Below are positions 9,203 to 20,127 of a stretch of DNA of 64,000 nucleotides, piece by piece (the stretch's first letter is position 1; each line of letters opens with the position of its first letter). Made by a program: the position numbers and the translations under genes. The stretch comes from a virus. Taxonomy: Duplodnaviria; Caudoviricetes. The stretch is from the IMG/VR virus record IMGVR_UViG_3300016476_001378; one strand, written 5' to 3'. Under the pieces are notes generated by a model that was given only the letters and a program-made list of their open reading frames with translations, was not told where the DNA came from and searched no databases.

Positions 9203-12200
9203 TTATCTCTCCTCTACAATAAGTTGTACAAAGAAGTTCGCATGGGTAGTGTTTAAGCTTGTAAAGTTCACTCTAAGTTTAGTGCCAGAACTTAATGTTG
9301 TAGTGGAAAAACCTGTTGAAGTAAACTCATAAGTAGAAGCACCAGTGACACTTAAAGCTGAAGATAATAAGTTTGTTGCAGAAAAAGCTGTAGTACCAGT
9401 GTAGTACTCAACTTGAACAGCCGATGTGCCTGAAGATGGAGTCTCAACTCTGACATTTAATTCTCTAGGTACATAATAACTTGGATTGCCTGCATTGTCA
9501 GAATTGTCAGGTAATCTGAGTATAACTGAATCTGCTCCAGTTGTAGCCGGGGTATAACCTGTACAGAATGTAAGAAGGACAGTCTTGTGGGCGCCAGCAA
9601 CTTGATACCACGAAGTTGTGGATGCAGCCATGAATGTGTGTGCTCTATTGATTGATAATAACTCAGCGTTTGCAGAGTCATCTATCGTTGAGCCAGATTG
9701 TGGATAAATATAAATAGGGTTTGTTGACCTATTGACAACTGTTATCATTCTACCCGTTGTTGCGGCTGGGAGAATAACACCATTGAATGGTTCAGTGGTT
9801 GCAGAAGATGAGGTGACTACATTGTAATCACTAGTTAGGGCTGTGGCAGTGCCGGATGTAGTGCCTGCTGCAGTCACAGAAGCAGATGTGGTTACAACTG
9901 CTGCTGATAATGTTTTATTTGTAAGTGTCTGAGTTGCATCAGTGCCAACCATGGTGGTTGTTGCATCTGGAATCGTAATAGTTCTTGTGTTGCCAGCTGT
10001 AATACTCGCTGCATCAAATTTAAATTTCTTAGTGGTTGTAGTTGAGTTCTGGAATGTTACACCTGTATCAGATAAACCTGTGATGCTTGTAAAACCACTA
10101 CTATCAACTGTAAGAACATCTCCACCAGAAGTTGACACAGTGAAGATACTTGCACTCTGTGATGCAGCTCCAACTACCTTTAATGGGCTTGTAGACGCAC
10201 CTTGTGCTGTGATTGTAAGATGTGTACCAGTTGCTGAATAAACAAGGGCTGGTGCAGATGCAGTAGTTGTGACACCTGAGTAATAAGCCAATTGGTTTGC
10301 AGTACCAGAACTAACTGTACCACCGCCACCACCGCCTGTAGCATCATTTGCCCATGCCAAAGTAATATCTGAACCAGAAACAGCCGAGACGGATAAAATC
10401 TGACTTGTAGATGGAGCAGTTGTTGGCAGTGTATAGTTAAAGTCACTTGTTTGTGCTCCAGCCTTAAAGAATGAAGCGTTTGTTCCTGCGCCAGCACCAG
10501 AATAAGCATAAAGGCCCAGGCCCTTAGTAGTGTCCAAAGCCATTCTGTTGGTAAAGGACGCAGTTGTACTGGTTGTGCTTGAACTCTTCCAAACTAATGC
10601 ATGACTAGGAGTAGCTGCAGTTGTTTGCAATTCCTCTCTAAATTTTGCATAATAACTAGCACCAGCGGTCCAGAATCTACCTGCAAAATCTACTGCAGGG
10701 GAATAATGGTTTGGTATAGAGGTACTTGGTGCAGTATTATTTGCTAATTCCAACGCAGCAGTTGATGTAGTTTGAATGCTAGTAGATGCAGTCAATGTCA
10801 AAAGCGCAGTAGTATAATTATAAGCAAAGTACGAAGTACCAGCAAACGTTGTACCACCACTGTTGTACTGGACATTAGTATCTGAACCACCTGGTACAGC
10901 ACTAGAGCCAACGCCAGATGAAGCAATTGTAATTGTGCCTGCACCATGTGTAATTGTAATGTTGGAACCTTGAACTAATTGCTTGTACTCTAAGGCAGAA
11001 CCACCACTGTTCATGCCAAGGATGTAGTTTCCAGTACCACCTGATGTTAAACCTGTTCCACCATTTGCAAGACCTAATGTCTGAGACCATTGAGGTGCTG
11101 AACCTGTAGAGGTGAGGAAATAACCAGACGTCGCTGCTATGCCTAACTTAGTAAGAGCAGTAGTTGAAGATGTAGAATTGTAATATAAAATGTCGCCATT
11201 AGAATAAGTTGATTGCCCAGTTCCACCATCTGCAAGAGCTACGTCTGTCCCACCTGCTCTATAAACATAAGAGCCCCCAATTGTTACTGCTGTTGGTATG
11301 TCAGTAGAGACAGATGGTACACCAGAACCATTTGTTACTAAAACACCAGAGACAGTAGTTGCCAGTGTTGCAAGAGCACTACCAGTATAATAAATGAGGC
11401 CATTAGTAGTTGCGAATGATGAAGTTGCTGTACCACCATTTGTCAATCCAAGAATGCCAGAAACAGCATTACTTGAGCCTAAACTAATTGCACCCCAAGA
11501 TGGAGCACCAGTTCCACCACCAGATTTTAAAACTTGATCTGTAGAACCAGCAGCAGTTACAAGAACTGATGTAGCAGCATTGCCATAAAGAACGCCATAC
11601 TGGGTAAAGGTTGTAGTTCCCAAGCCACCATTAGCAAGTGGTAATGTTCCTGTTACCATGCTTGTCAAATTAACTTGGGCAAAACTTGGAGCACTGGCAC
11701 CACCGCCAACCAGGACTGTAGTTGTTGCACCTGTTCCTAATGTTGCAAGTTTTGAGTTGGCATTATCAAAATAAACAATGGCATTAGATGTAGTTAATGA
11801 TGTTGTTCCAATACCACCTCTGCCGATAGCTAAACTACCTGTCCAACCCAGAGCATGAGTGTTTGTGCCAGTATTAGTTGTAATTGTTACGTTTGTATCA
11901 TTTGAGAATGTCTGCGAAGCACCTGTTGCAGAGTTCAATGATGTAATACCACCACCAGATGTGCCTAACTGGTCTGTTGCCCATGACAGGGTAACAACAC
12001 CTGTGGTAGAAGGTGCAGAGGCAGATAATAATTGGCCAGAACCTGGAGCGCCTGAAGGCCAAACATAAGTGTAAGATGTAGTAATTGCATCTGGGGCTTT
12101 AAATGCAATGTATTCAGATCCATTTGCTGCTAATTCTGAGAATCTTAATTCAAATGTGTTGCCCGCAGATGCTCCATGTGGCCCCAAATTGATGTTTGTT

Positions 12201-15200
12201 GTGCCCAGTGTTACTAAACTAGTGCCTGAGTTATTTTGAACATCAATGTAGTTGCCAGTTTGTGACGAAGAACCGCGAATTACAAGACCCTTGCCAGATG
12301 CTGTGCCTGTCAATATTCTCAAAGCGGCTGCTTCAGTTAAGGTTGCATTAGTTCCAGCTGTTGGTGCACCATCAATTTGGAATGTTGCAGCATTTGTTAC
12401 TGTACTAGCACCTGAGAAGGCATAGGTGGCAGGAGCAATTCTGAATGTTCTAAGTGTTGCAATAGCACCTGTTGCAAAAGTTTTAGTTTGACCAAAGTTG
12501 AAATAAACATCACTGTATTCTGTAGCAGTATTAAGTGCTGTATGTGCTGCGCCTGTTACTAAAAGTGCTGTTGCGGGTGTTGTAGCAGATGTTGCCAATG
12601 ATGTAAATGTCGCTCCACCAAATGCACCTACGGAGCCTAGTACTGTACCTGCAGATGTTGAATAAATCTGGAAAAGATCTGCAGTCTGTGATGTGGCGCC
12701 GACTAATCTTAAAGGAGATGTGGCAGCACCCTGGGCAGTAATTGTAAGATGCTGGTTTGACGCAGAGTAAGCCAGAGCTGTAGCGGTTGTTACTGCGCCT
12801 GTTGTAGTTGCACCACTTGTTAAAATTGTGTTTGTAGTAAATGATGATGTTCCTGTGCCACCATTTGTGACTCCAAGAATGCCTGTTACAGCGTTGGAAC
12901 TTCCAAGCGGCAGAGCAGCAAAAGCAGGGGCCCCAGTTGTTCTTGCAAGCAATGGAGCATCGGTAGAGCCTGCACCTGTTGAAGCATACTGGGATGTTGA
13001 TGTAGCAAAGATCACGCCCCATTGAGTTGGTGCTGTAGATGTGCCTGTTCCACCATAGCCGACAGCTATTGTAGTTCCATTCCATGTGCCAGAATTGATT
13101 ATGCCTGTACTACTTATGTTAAATACAGTACCACCAGAAGTAGCAACTGTAAATAAATCTGCTGTTTGGCTAGTTGCTCCAACAAGTTTTAATGGGTTGT
13201 TTCCAACTGCCTGAGCAGTAATTGTAAGATGAGATGTAGTTGTTGCAGTGGAATAAACCATACTTGCAGCAGATGCTGTAGTAGTTGTGCCAGAATAATA
13301 AGCTATTTGGTTTGCTGTACCAGATCCAACAGTACCTGAGCCACCTGATGTTGCGTTAATTGTAATAGAACCATTTCCATTGGTGATAGAAATGTTAGTA
13401 CCAGCCGTTAATGTTGCCTTAGTTAGCGTGTTGCCTGAAGAGTTACCAATTAAAAGTTGGCCATCTGTGTATGTTGTTTGGCCTGTGCCGCCATTTGTAA
13501 CTGCAAGAGTACCAGAAACAGCATTGCTTGAGCCTAAACTAATTGCGCCCCAGGAAGGCGCGCCAGATCCACCGCCAGACTTCAATACCTGATCAGTAGA
13601 ACCAGCAGCAGTATAAGCCAAAGCTGTTGTAGATAAACCGTAAGTTACACCATACTGTGTAGGTGCAGTGGATGTGCCTGTACCACCTCTGCCAACAGCT
13701 AATGTGCCCGACCAGCCTAAAGTATGTGTTGATGTTACAGAGCTGATTGTTACGTTTGTATCATTTGCAAATGATTGTGAAGCAGCACTTAAGCCGTTAA
13801 GTGATGTAATGCCACCACCGGATGTACCCAATTGGTCTGTTGCCCAAGACAATGTAACAACACCACTAACAGGCGCAGAAGCAGATAATAATTGACCAGC
13901 AGATGGAGCACCAGAGGGCCAAACATAGGTGTAATTTGTGGTAACAGAATCAGGCCCCTTAAATCCAATGTAATTGGAACCATTGGCGGCCAATTCCATG
14001 AATCTTAATTCATAGGTGCTGCCAGCAGTAGTGCCGTATGGGTATAGAGCAAGGTCAGTATTGTCAAATCTTGCTCTTTCAACAAGTGTTGTAGTACCCG
14101 TGTCATTAGTTTTAATTGATAAGGCGCCAACATAAGTTGTACTTCCAGCATCTGAAAGAATACCATCTAATCCAATGGTATTTACAACTGTACCACCTGC
14201 ATGCTCTTGCCTATAAGAAATTCTAGCACCAATACCTGCAGCAGCAGTTCCTGATGTTGATCTTTCAATATTAAGAACATCTGTAACAGTGTTAGTGGTA
14301 GCATCTTCAATTCTTTTTGCGCTTAAAGGAAACCCTTCTGTTGCACTATTGACATTAAAACCAACTCCAGTTGATTCATCACAGCCAAATCCAAAGTATC
14401 CAAATCCGTCATATCCTCTACCAATGGACCAGAAATATCTATCTGCTGTATTGTTACCATTGGTTCTAAAACCTGTTCGCAAACCTCTTTGTCCAGCGTA
14501 ACCGCCAGTGATGGTCATGTTGCCGCCGTTAGCAACATAGAACAAATCGTCTTGGTTTGAAGATGTACCTAGGATTTGGAGTTTAGCACCAACACCACTA
14601 CCAGTGGATGCGACATTAATTAAACTTGTGCCAGAAGAGTTTTGAACATCAAATAGGTTTGCAGATTGTGATGCAATGCCTTTTAAGAGGAGAGGTGTAT
14701 TACCTACAGCTTGCGATGTAATAGTCAAATGCGCAGTTGTTGTTGCACTAGAATAAATTAATGCGGCAGCACCACCGAATGAGCTACTGTTATTAAACTG
14801 AATTTGCCCATTAGAGCCACCTGGAGATGCTGCTACAGTTCCCCAAGAAGCGCTGGTGCCATCTGTGGTTAAGTACTTACCACCATTGCCTGTTTGGGCA
14901 GGCAATAATGCGTTGATGGCGCTTGTGGCTGTTGTTGACCCCGTACCGCCGTTGGAAATTGGTAGAGTTCCTGTTATAGCATTAGTTGAGCTTAAATTAA
15001 TGGCCCCCCAAGAAGGTGCTCCTGATCCACCACCAGATTTTAATACTTGATCTGTTGAACCAGCCGCAGTTACAAGAACTGATGTTGCGGCGTTGCCATA
15101 AAGTATACCATACTGAGTAAATGTGGTTGTTCCTAAACCACCATTGCCCAGTGGCAATGTACCAGTGACCATATTTGTCAAGTTGACTTGAGCAAAACTT

Positions 15201-18200
15201 GGGGCACTAGCTCCGCCGCCAACTAAAACTGTAGTTGTAGCACCTGTGGCCAAAGAGGTAAATCTACTGTTACCATTATCAAAATAAATGAGGCCATTGT
15301 TATTAGCATACGATGTAGTGCCTGTGCCGCCTTTGTTTAAAGCGATTGTACTTGCACTCCAAGTACCTGTTGTGACAGTTCCCAGTGTATCTATAGAAGT
15401 TTGGCCTACATAAGTTGCAGAAATTTGTATAGTATCTGTGTTGACTGTAATACCTGTCCCAGCTCCAATGTCAATGGTATTACCAGTTTTTGTGAGACCT
15501 GCGCCTGCTGTAATCTGTCCTGCACCAGAGAATTGAGTGAAGTTGATAGCATCAGAACCAATAGCGATTAATGTCGTATGTGTATCAGTGGTACAAACCC
15601 AAGCAGAATCTGCATAAAGCGAACCTGTTTGCACGAACGTAAACGTACCGCCCTCTAATTCAATATTGTCATCTGTATCAGTTGCTCTTGTAAGCTTCCA
15701 CTTAGAGCCAACTCCACCAACAGAAGTGACAGTATAAATACCATTCATTACATTGGTGCCACCAGTAGGTGTTGTGGTCACACCATTGATGTTGTATGTG
15801 GTTGTAGAAGCACCTGACGCGACGAGAACTCTATCGCCAACTATCAAACTTTGACTATCAAAGTATGTTGTAGACAGTGCTTCATTATTTACAGATTCAA
15901 TGTAAGAACCAGACGCCGAAGAGCCACTTGTTGTACTAGGGGCTTGAGTTTGGAAGTATAATACTGATGTACCAATCGCCGCGAGTCCAGAAGTCGCCTT
16001 TACAGACTCATGAAGGTCCAAACCTTGCTGGAATGAGTCAACATAGTATTTTGTTGCAGCATCTTGTGGCTGCGTGGGTTCACCAACATTTTGTATTCTG
16101 TTGCCAGCAAAACTAATTGTACTATTGGTTGTATTAGATGTATTGCCAATAGTAATTGCCGTTGTAGATGTAGCTACTCCACCAGTTCCAATATTTATAG
16201 TTTTTGTCTGGCCAGAAGACAAAACGCCTGTCGCAAAATTAAATGTTGCAGTAGAAGTAGTCCCAAACACAGTTCCTGTGGTCGCCGCTGCAAATGCAGT
16301 TACTGTTGTTGGCTCTGCAAGGAATGCCACTGTACCAGTGGTGCCTGTAAAGTTTGTGGCATTGGTAAATGTCACAGTAGTGTTTCTGATTGTTGTGGTG
16401 CCAGTTGAAGAACCTATAGTCAATGCTGTAGCAGAACCAAAGATCGTTGCTGTGGTGGCTGCTCCAAACACAGCAAGCGAAGCAGGATTGGCAGCTGAGA
16501 AAACAGTGGCTAAACCAGATGAACCACTAATAACAGTTGCATTCGGGAACGAAACTGTTGTGTTGCTGATTGTTGCAGTTCCAGTTGAAGAACCGAGACT
16601 TAAAGCAGTGGCGGCACCAAAGATTGTTGCTGTTGTAGCGGCTCCAAACACAGCCAAAGAGGCTGGGTTAGCGGCTGAAAAGACTGTAGCAAGACCAGTA
16701 GAACCACTAATGACAGTTGCATTGGGGAATGAAACTGTAGTATTGCTGATTGTTGCAGTTCCAGTCGAAGAACCCAAGCTTAAAGTTGTTGCTGAAGTTG
16801 CGCTAAACGTAGTAGCATTATTTGCCGTAAATGACGAACTTAAAACAGCAACTGTACCACTTACTGCAGTTGTGCCTATGTTTGATGTTGCCATGTTGAC
16901 AGTGAATGTGCCTGTAGAAGCACCCACATTAACATTCGAAGCGCCAGCACCTGTGCCACCAGTTCCTATGTTGACCGTCTTTGCGTTGGCCCCATTATTA
17001 CCAGATGCTAAATTTAATGTAGAAGCAGCAGTTGTGTTAGACAATGTAAGTGATGTGGATTCACCAAACATTGTAATAGCAGCTGTAGTTCCTGTAATGG
17101 ATGTTACATTTGGCAACGCCAATGTTGCATTTCTTACGGTTGCAGTGCCTGAAGTAGTTCCTAATGTTAAAGCTGTTGCAGAGCCAAAAATTGTTGCTGT
17201 AGTAGCCGCCCCAAACACAGCAAGAGATGCTGGGTTTGCAGAAGAAAAGACAGTTGCGAGACCGGATGAGCCATTAATTGTTGTAGCATTAGGGAAATCT
17301 ATAGTGGCATTTCTAATGGTACCTGTACCCGATGTTGCACCTAAAGTAAGAGTTGCAGCAGAACCAAAAATTGTTGCTGTAGTAGCGGCTCCAAATACTG
17401 CGAGAGATGCAGGATTGGCTGCCGAAAAGACTGTGGCCAAACCAGAAGAGCCACTGATGGTAGTAGCATTAGGGAAATCTATAGTAGCGTTTCTAATCGT
17501 ACCAGTACCAGATGTTGCACCTAATGTTAAAGTTGTTGCTGCTCCAAAAATTGTTGCAGTAGTAGCGGCCCCAAAAACTGCCAAAGAGGCAGGGTTGGCT
17601 GCTGAAAAAACTGTTGCCAGGCCAGATGAACCGCTAATTGTTGTAGCATTAGAGAAATCTATAGTGGCATTTCTAATAGTGCCTGTACCCGATGTTGCTC
17701 CCAGTGTAAGGGTTGTAGCAGAGCCAAAAATTGTTGCTGTTGTGGCCGCGCCAAATACTGCAAGAGAAGCGGGGTTAGCTGCTGAAAAGACAGTTGCAAG
17801 ACCAGTAGAACCACTAATGGTTGTAGCATTAGGGAAATCTATAGTAGCATTTCTAATCGTACCAGTACCAGATGTGGCCCCCAAAGTAAGGGTAGTAGCA
17901 GAACCAAATACGGTTGCTGAGGTAGCACTGCCGAGGAATGTGACAGTTCCAGATGTTCCTGTAAATGAAGTAGCGTTAGGGAAAGCAACAGTGGTATTAT
18001 TAATTGTTGCCGTGCCTGTTGAAGAACCAAGCCCCAAAGAAGTGGCACCACCACCTATATTAAGTGTGGTCACATTGGCATTTAATACATTTAAGGAGGC
18101 CGTGGCTGATGTAATGTCACCAGAAATAGCCAGTGCAGAAATGTTTGTAGTTGCTAAATAAGATGTACCCTGTACACCTATACCACCTGTAACTTTTAAT

Positions 18201-19867
18201 GCACCAGAAGTTGTAGCTGCGGCATTTGTGGAGTTTGTAATTGTGACAATGCCAGCTGAATCTACTGTGACTAATGCTGCAGCACTTGAACTTTGAATTT
18301 TAAGTAAATCACCAGTTTGAGCGCCTGCGCCACTAGCTTTTAACAAAAGGGGAGTATTACCTACAGCCTGGGCTGTAATTGTTAAATGAGATGTTGTCGT
18401 AGCAGTGGAATAATCTAAAGCAGTAGCATCGTCTACAACTGTGCCTGCTCCAGCGTAGTATGCAATTTTGCCATCTGCGCCTGTGCTGACAGTACCTGAG
18501 CCACCTGATGTAGCATTGATAGTAATGGAACCATTGCCATTGGTAATTGAAATATTGGTTCCAGCTGTTAATGTGGCCTTGGTTAATGTATTGCCTGAAG
18601 AGTTGCCAATTAAAAGTTGACCATCAGTGTATGTTGTTTGACCTGTGCCACCGCTCGATACAGGCAATGTGCCAACACTAACGACGCCAGTGGAAGCATA
18701 CAATGCACCAGAAGCAGATCCAAGAGTTAAAGAGCCAGGAATTGTAACAGTTCCATCGGAGGCTATTTTGAATCTATCTGTGAATGAAGGCGTAGCAGAA
18801 TAAGATGTTGCTACAGCAGATTTCCAAATTAAAGTTCCAGCAACTGACGCTCCTGATGTAGGCTGAACTTCTGATCTGAATCTAACAATATTAGAAGTTG
18901 CTGTAGAAGTGTTCCATGCGGAACCATTCATTTCAAAGCCTGGAGAATAATTAACTGTTTGACCACTCGTCGCTAAATTGTAATTATAGAGTTCCAGAGC
19001 GTAAGATGATGTGGTACCGTTAGTCAATAACTTGCCAATAGAAACTACACTATTATTAAAATATGCTATAGAATCATTGGCTGTAGAGTTTATAGTTAAT
19101 GGATAATACCAAGATGGTGTCCCAGTGTCTATAGATGACGCGAGTACAAATTCTGTTTGTGGGCTAGTGCCAGGATTGACAGCCATGCCAAGACGCATTC
19201 TTGCATCATTGGAGGCAGCAGTTACAGTTGTGTTCCAAACTTTGCCCTTAAATTCCATCCAAGATGGAAATTGATATTGACCACCGCTTGTTGCCAACGA
19301 AGTATTAACAATTTGGAGGCCACTTGATTCGGTCGAACTGATACCACTCTTGTCAATAACAACATTTGGTACAGTAGTGGATGTATTTGTAAAATCACCA
19401 GCTGATGCAAAAAGTGACCATCTATAAGAAGATGTTCCTAAATTTGCGCCAGTGGTTGCAGGGTAAATAGGTGTAGCAGAATCAGAAAAAACTAATCTAT
19501 CTGTACCTGTAGATGGAGTTATTCTGAAAGAAATAGCAGTATAGGAACCAGATGCATTAGTTGTCAATGACAACGATGTATCATTGGTAATTGTGCTAAC
19601 GGTTCCTATACTTGTGCCTTGTGCGGTGTATAAAATAGCACCTTGGGCGAGTTGTGTAGTAAAGGCTGTACCGCTGCCTGTGACAGCTGTTGTAGCCGCA
19701 CCAGTAGTTATAGTACCTGATGGGGCAGCGGTATAACCTAAAGAATAACCAACAACCTTAATTAAATCAGAACCATTGCCAGATATAGCAATTGATTGCG
19801 CTGTAGTTTGACTATCATTCCAATAAATTTGACCTGTCAGCGGATCAATAATAATATCTACGGCCAT
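9203..19867 (-). CDS. Giant modular fibre protein (3554 aa)
   Basis: About 13 LxxxxGG(T/L/I)G segments; P...QDAATK.YVD; GDRVLV..NGIY..W.LTRATD domain; 60-aa repeats. Confidence 0.85.
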   Translation of the reverse strand: MAVDIIIDPLTGQIYWNDSQTTAQSIAISGNGSDLIKVVGYSLGYTAAPSGTITTGAATTAVTGSGTAFTTQLAQGAILYTAQGTSIGTVSTITNDTSLSLTTNASGSYTAISFRITPSTGTDRLVFSDSATPIYPATTGANLGTSSYRWSLFASAGDFTNTSTTVPNVVIDKSGISSTESSGLQIVNTSLATSGGQYQFPSWMEFKGKVWNTTVTAASNDARMRLGMAVNPGTSPQTEFVLASSIDTGTPSWYYPLTINSTANDSIAYFNNSVVSIGKLLTNGTTSSYALELYNYNLATSGQTVNYSPGFEMNGSAWNTSTATSNIVRFRSEVQPTSGASVAGTLIWKSAVATSYSATPSFTDRFKIASDGTVTIPGSLTLGSASGALYASTGVVSVGTLPVSSGGTGQTTYTDGQLLIGNSSGNTLTKATLTAGTNISITNGNGSITINATSGGSGTVSTGADGKIAYYAGAGTVVDDATALDYSTATTTSHLTITAQAVGNTPLLLKASGAGAQTGDLLKIQSSSAAALVTVDSAGIVTITNSTNAAATTSGALKVTGGIGVQGTSYLATTNISALAISGDITSATASLNVLNANVTTLNIGGGATSLGLGSSTGTATINNTTVAFPNATSFTGTSGTVTFLGSATSATVFGSATTLTLGATSGTGTIRNATIDFPNATTISGSTGLATVFSAANPASLAVFGAATTATIFGSATTLTLGATSGTGTIRNATIDFSNATTISGSSGLATVFSAANPASLAVFGAATTATIFGAATTLTLGATSGTGTIRNATIDFPNATTISGSSGLATVFSAANPASLAVFGAATTATIFGSAATLTLGATSGTGTIRNATIDFPNATTINGSSGLATVFSSANPASLAVFGAATTATIFGSATALTLGTTSGTATVRNATLALPNVTSITGTTAAITMFGESTSLTLSNTTAASTLNLASGNNGANAKTVNIGTGGTGAGASNVNVGASTGTFTVNMATSNIGTTAVSGTVAVLSSSFTANNATTFSATSATTLSLGSSTGTATISNTTVSFPNATVISGSTGLATVFSAANPASLAVFGAATTATIFGAATALSLGSSTGTATISNTTVSFPNATVISGSSGLATVFSAANPASLAVFGAATTATIFGSATALTIGSSTGTTTIRNTTVTFTNATNFTGTTGTVAFLAEPTTVTAFAAATTGTVFGTTSTATFNFATGVLSSGQTKTINIGTGGVATSTTAITIGNTSNTTNSTISFAGNRIQNVGEPTQPQDAATKYYVDSFQQGLDLHESVKATSGLAAIGTSVLYFQTQAPSTTSGSSASGSYIESVNNEALSTTYFDSQSLIVGDRVLVASGASTTTYNINGVTTTPTGGTNVMNGIYTVTSVGGVGSKWKLTRATDTDDNIELEGGTFTFVQTGSLYADSAWVCTTDTHTTLIAIGSDAINFTQFSGAGQITAGAGLTKTGNTIDIGAGTGITVNTDTIQISATYVGQTSIDTLGTVTTGTWSASTIALNKGGTGTTSYANNNGLIYFDNGNSRFTSLATGATTTVLVGGGASAPSFAQVNLTNMVTGTLPLGNGGLGTTTFTQYGILYGNAATSVLVTAAGSTDQVLKSGGGSGAPSWGAINLSSTNAITGTLPISNGGTGSTTATSAINALLPAQTGNGGKYLTTDGTSASWGTVAASPGGSNGQIQFNNSSSFGGAAALIYSSATTTAHLTITSQAVGNTPLLLKGIASQSANLFDVQNSSGTSLINVASTGSGVGAKLQILGTSSNQDDLFYVANGGNMTITGGYAGQRGLRTGFRTNGNNTADRYFWSIGRGYDGFGYFGFGCDESTGVGFNVNSATEGFPLSAKRIEDATTNTVTDVLNIERSTSGTAAAGIGARISYRQEHAGGTVVNTIGLDGILSDAGSTTYVGALSIKTNDTGTTTLVERARFDNTDLALYPYGTTAGSTYELRFMELAANGSNYIGFKGPDSVTTNYTYVWPSGAPSAGQLLSASAPVSGVVTLSWATDQLGTSGGGITSLNGLSAASQSFANDTNVTISSVTSTHTLGWSGTLAVGRGGTGTSTAPTQYGVTYGLSTTALAYTAAGSTDQVLKSGGGSGAPSWGAISLGSSNAVSGTLAVTNGGTGQTTYTDGQLLIGNSSGNTLTKATLTAGTNISITNGNGSITINATSGGSGTVGSGTANQIAYYSGTTTTASAASMVYSTATTTSHLTITAQAVGNNPLKLVGATSQTADLFTVATSGGTVFNISSTGIINSGTWNGTTIAVGYGGTGTSTAPTQWGVIFATSTSQYASTGAGSTDAPLLARTTGAPAFAALPLGSSNAVTGILGVTNGGTGTSSFTTNTILTSGATTTGAVTTATALAYSASNQHLTITAQGAATSPLRLVGATSQTADLFQIYSTSAGTVLGSVGAFGGATFTSLATSATTPATALLVTGAAHTALNTATEYSDVYFNFGQTKTFATGAIATLRTFRIAPATYAFSGASTVTNAATFQIDGAPTAGTNATLTEAAALRILTGTASGKGLVIRGSSSQTGNYIDVQNNSGTSLVTLGTTNINLGPHGASAGNTFELRFSELAANGSEYIAFKAPDAITTSYTYVWPSGAPGSGQLLSASAPSTTGVVTLSWATDQLGTSGGGITSLNSATGASQTFSNDTNVTITTNTGTNTHALGWTGSLAIGRGGIGTTSLTTSNAIVYFDNANSKLATLGTGATTTVLVGGGASAPSFAQVNLTSMVTGTLPLANGGLGTTTFTQYGVLYGNAATSVLVTAAGSTDQVLKSGGGTGAPSWGAISLGSSNAVSGILGLTNGGTATSSFATTNGLIYYTGSALATLATTVSGVLVTNGSGVPSVSTDIPTAVTIGGSYVYRAGGTDVALADGGTGQSTYSNGDILYYNSTSSTTALTKLGIAATSGYFLTSTGSAPQWSQTLGLANGGTGLTSGGTGNYILGMNSGGSALEYKQLVQGSNITITHGAGTITIASSGVGSSAVPGGSDTNVQYNSGGTTFAGTSYFAYNYTTALLTLTASTSIQTTSTAALELANNTAPSTSIPNHYSPAVDFAGRFWTAGASYYAKFREELQTTAATPSHALVWKSSSTTSTTASFTNRMALDTTKGLGLYAYSGAGAGTNASFFKAGAQTSDFNYTLPTTAPSTSQILSVSAVSGSDITLAWANDATGGGGGGTVSSGTANQLAYYSGVTTTASAPALVYSATGTHLTITAQGASTSPLKVVGAASQSASIFTVSTSGGDVLTVDSSGFTSITGLSDTGVTFQNSTTTTKKFKFDAASITAGNTRTITIPDATTTMVGTDATQTLTNKTLSAAVVTTSASVTAAGTTSGTATALTSDYNVVTSSSATTEPFNGVILPAATTGRMITVVNRSTNPIYIYPQSGSTIDDSANAELLSINRAHTFMAASTTSWYQVAGAHKTVLLTFCTGYTPATTGADSVILRLPDNSDNAGNPSYYVPRELNVRVETPSSGTSAVQVEYYTGTTAFSATNLLSSALSVTGASTYEFTSTGFSTTTLSSGTKLRVNFTSLNTTHANFFVQLIVEER
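16434..16793 (-). repeat. Two 180-bp coding repeats
   Basis: FPNATVISGS.GLATVFSAANPASLAVFGAATTATIFG x2. Confidence 0.8.
17181..17900 (-). repeat. Four tandem 180-bp (60-aa) coding repeats
   Basis: T(T/A)GTAGCATTAG(G/A)GAAATCTATAGT recurs at 17281, 17461, 17641, 17821. Confidence 0.9.
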
Positions 19868-19869
19868 TC

Positions 19870-20127
19870 TTATTCCTTAACTAAAATTGATTCTGTGTAT
19901 TCCAGTAATTTTTCAATTATTGCTATCCTGATATCGCTTGAATTTTTACCTAGACTTGCGAAATCATCTCCACTTATTGTAAAGAGATTTTTCTCAATAA
20001 CATTTTTATTATAGTCCAGGAATGCGAAATACATTCGTATTCCTGTTTCTATATTAATGTTGCCTTCTTCTAGTTGTATCCAAGCGATATTCGGATTCGC
20101 TTCTCTAAATATTCTAAACACATGCAT
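19870..20127 (-). CDS. Small protein between the two giant fibres (possible assembly chaperone)
   Basis: TAATG stop/start overlap with the 1726-aa gene. Confidence 0.7.
   Translation of the reverse strand: MHVFRIFREANPNIAWIQLEEGNINIETGIRMYFAFLDYNKNVIEKNLFTISGDDFASLGKNSSDIRIAIIEKLLEYTESILVKE

Noticed and set aside
17181-17900. CRISPR array
   Set aside because: 180-bp in-frame coding repeats without unique spacers; no cas genes
16074-18161. 695-aa plus-strand ORF
   Set aside because: Antisense shadow of the repetitive T/A/G/S fibre; V/A/P-rich, no SD or promoter
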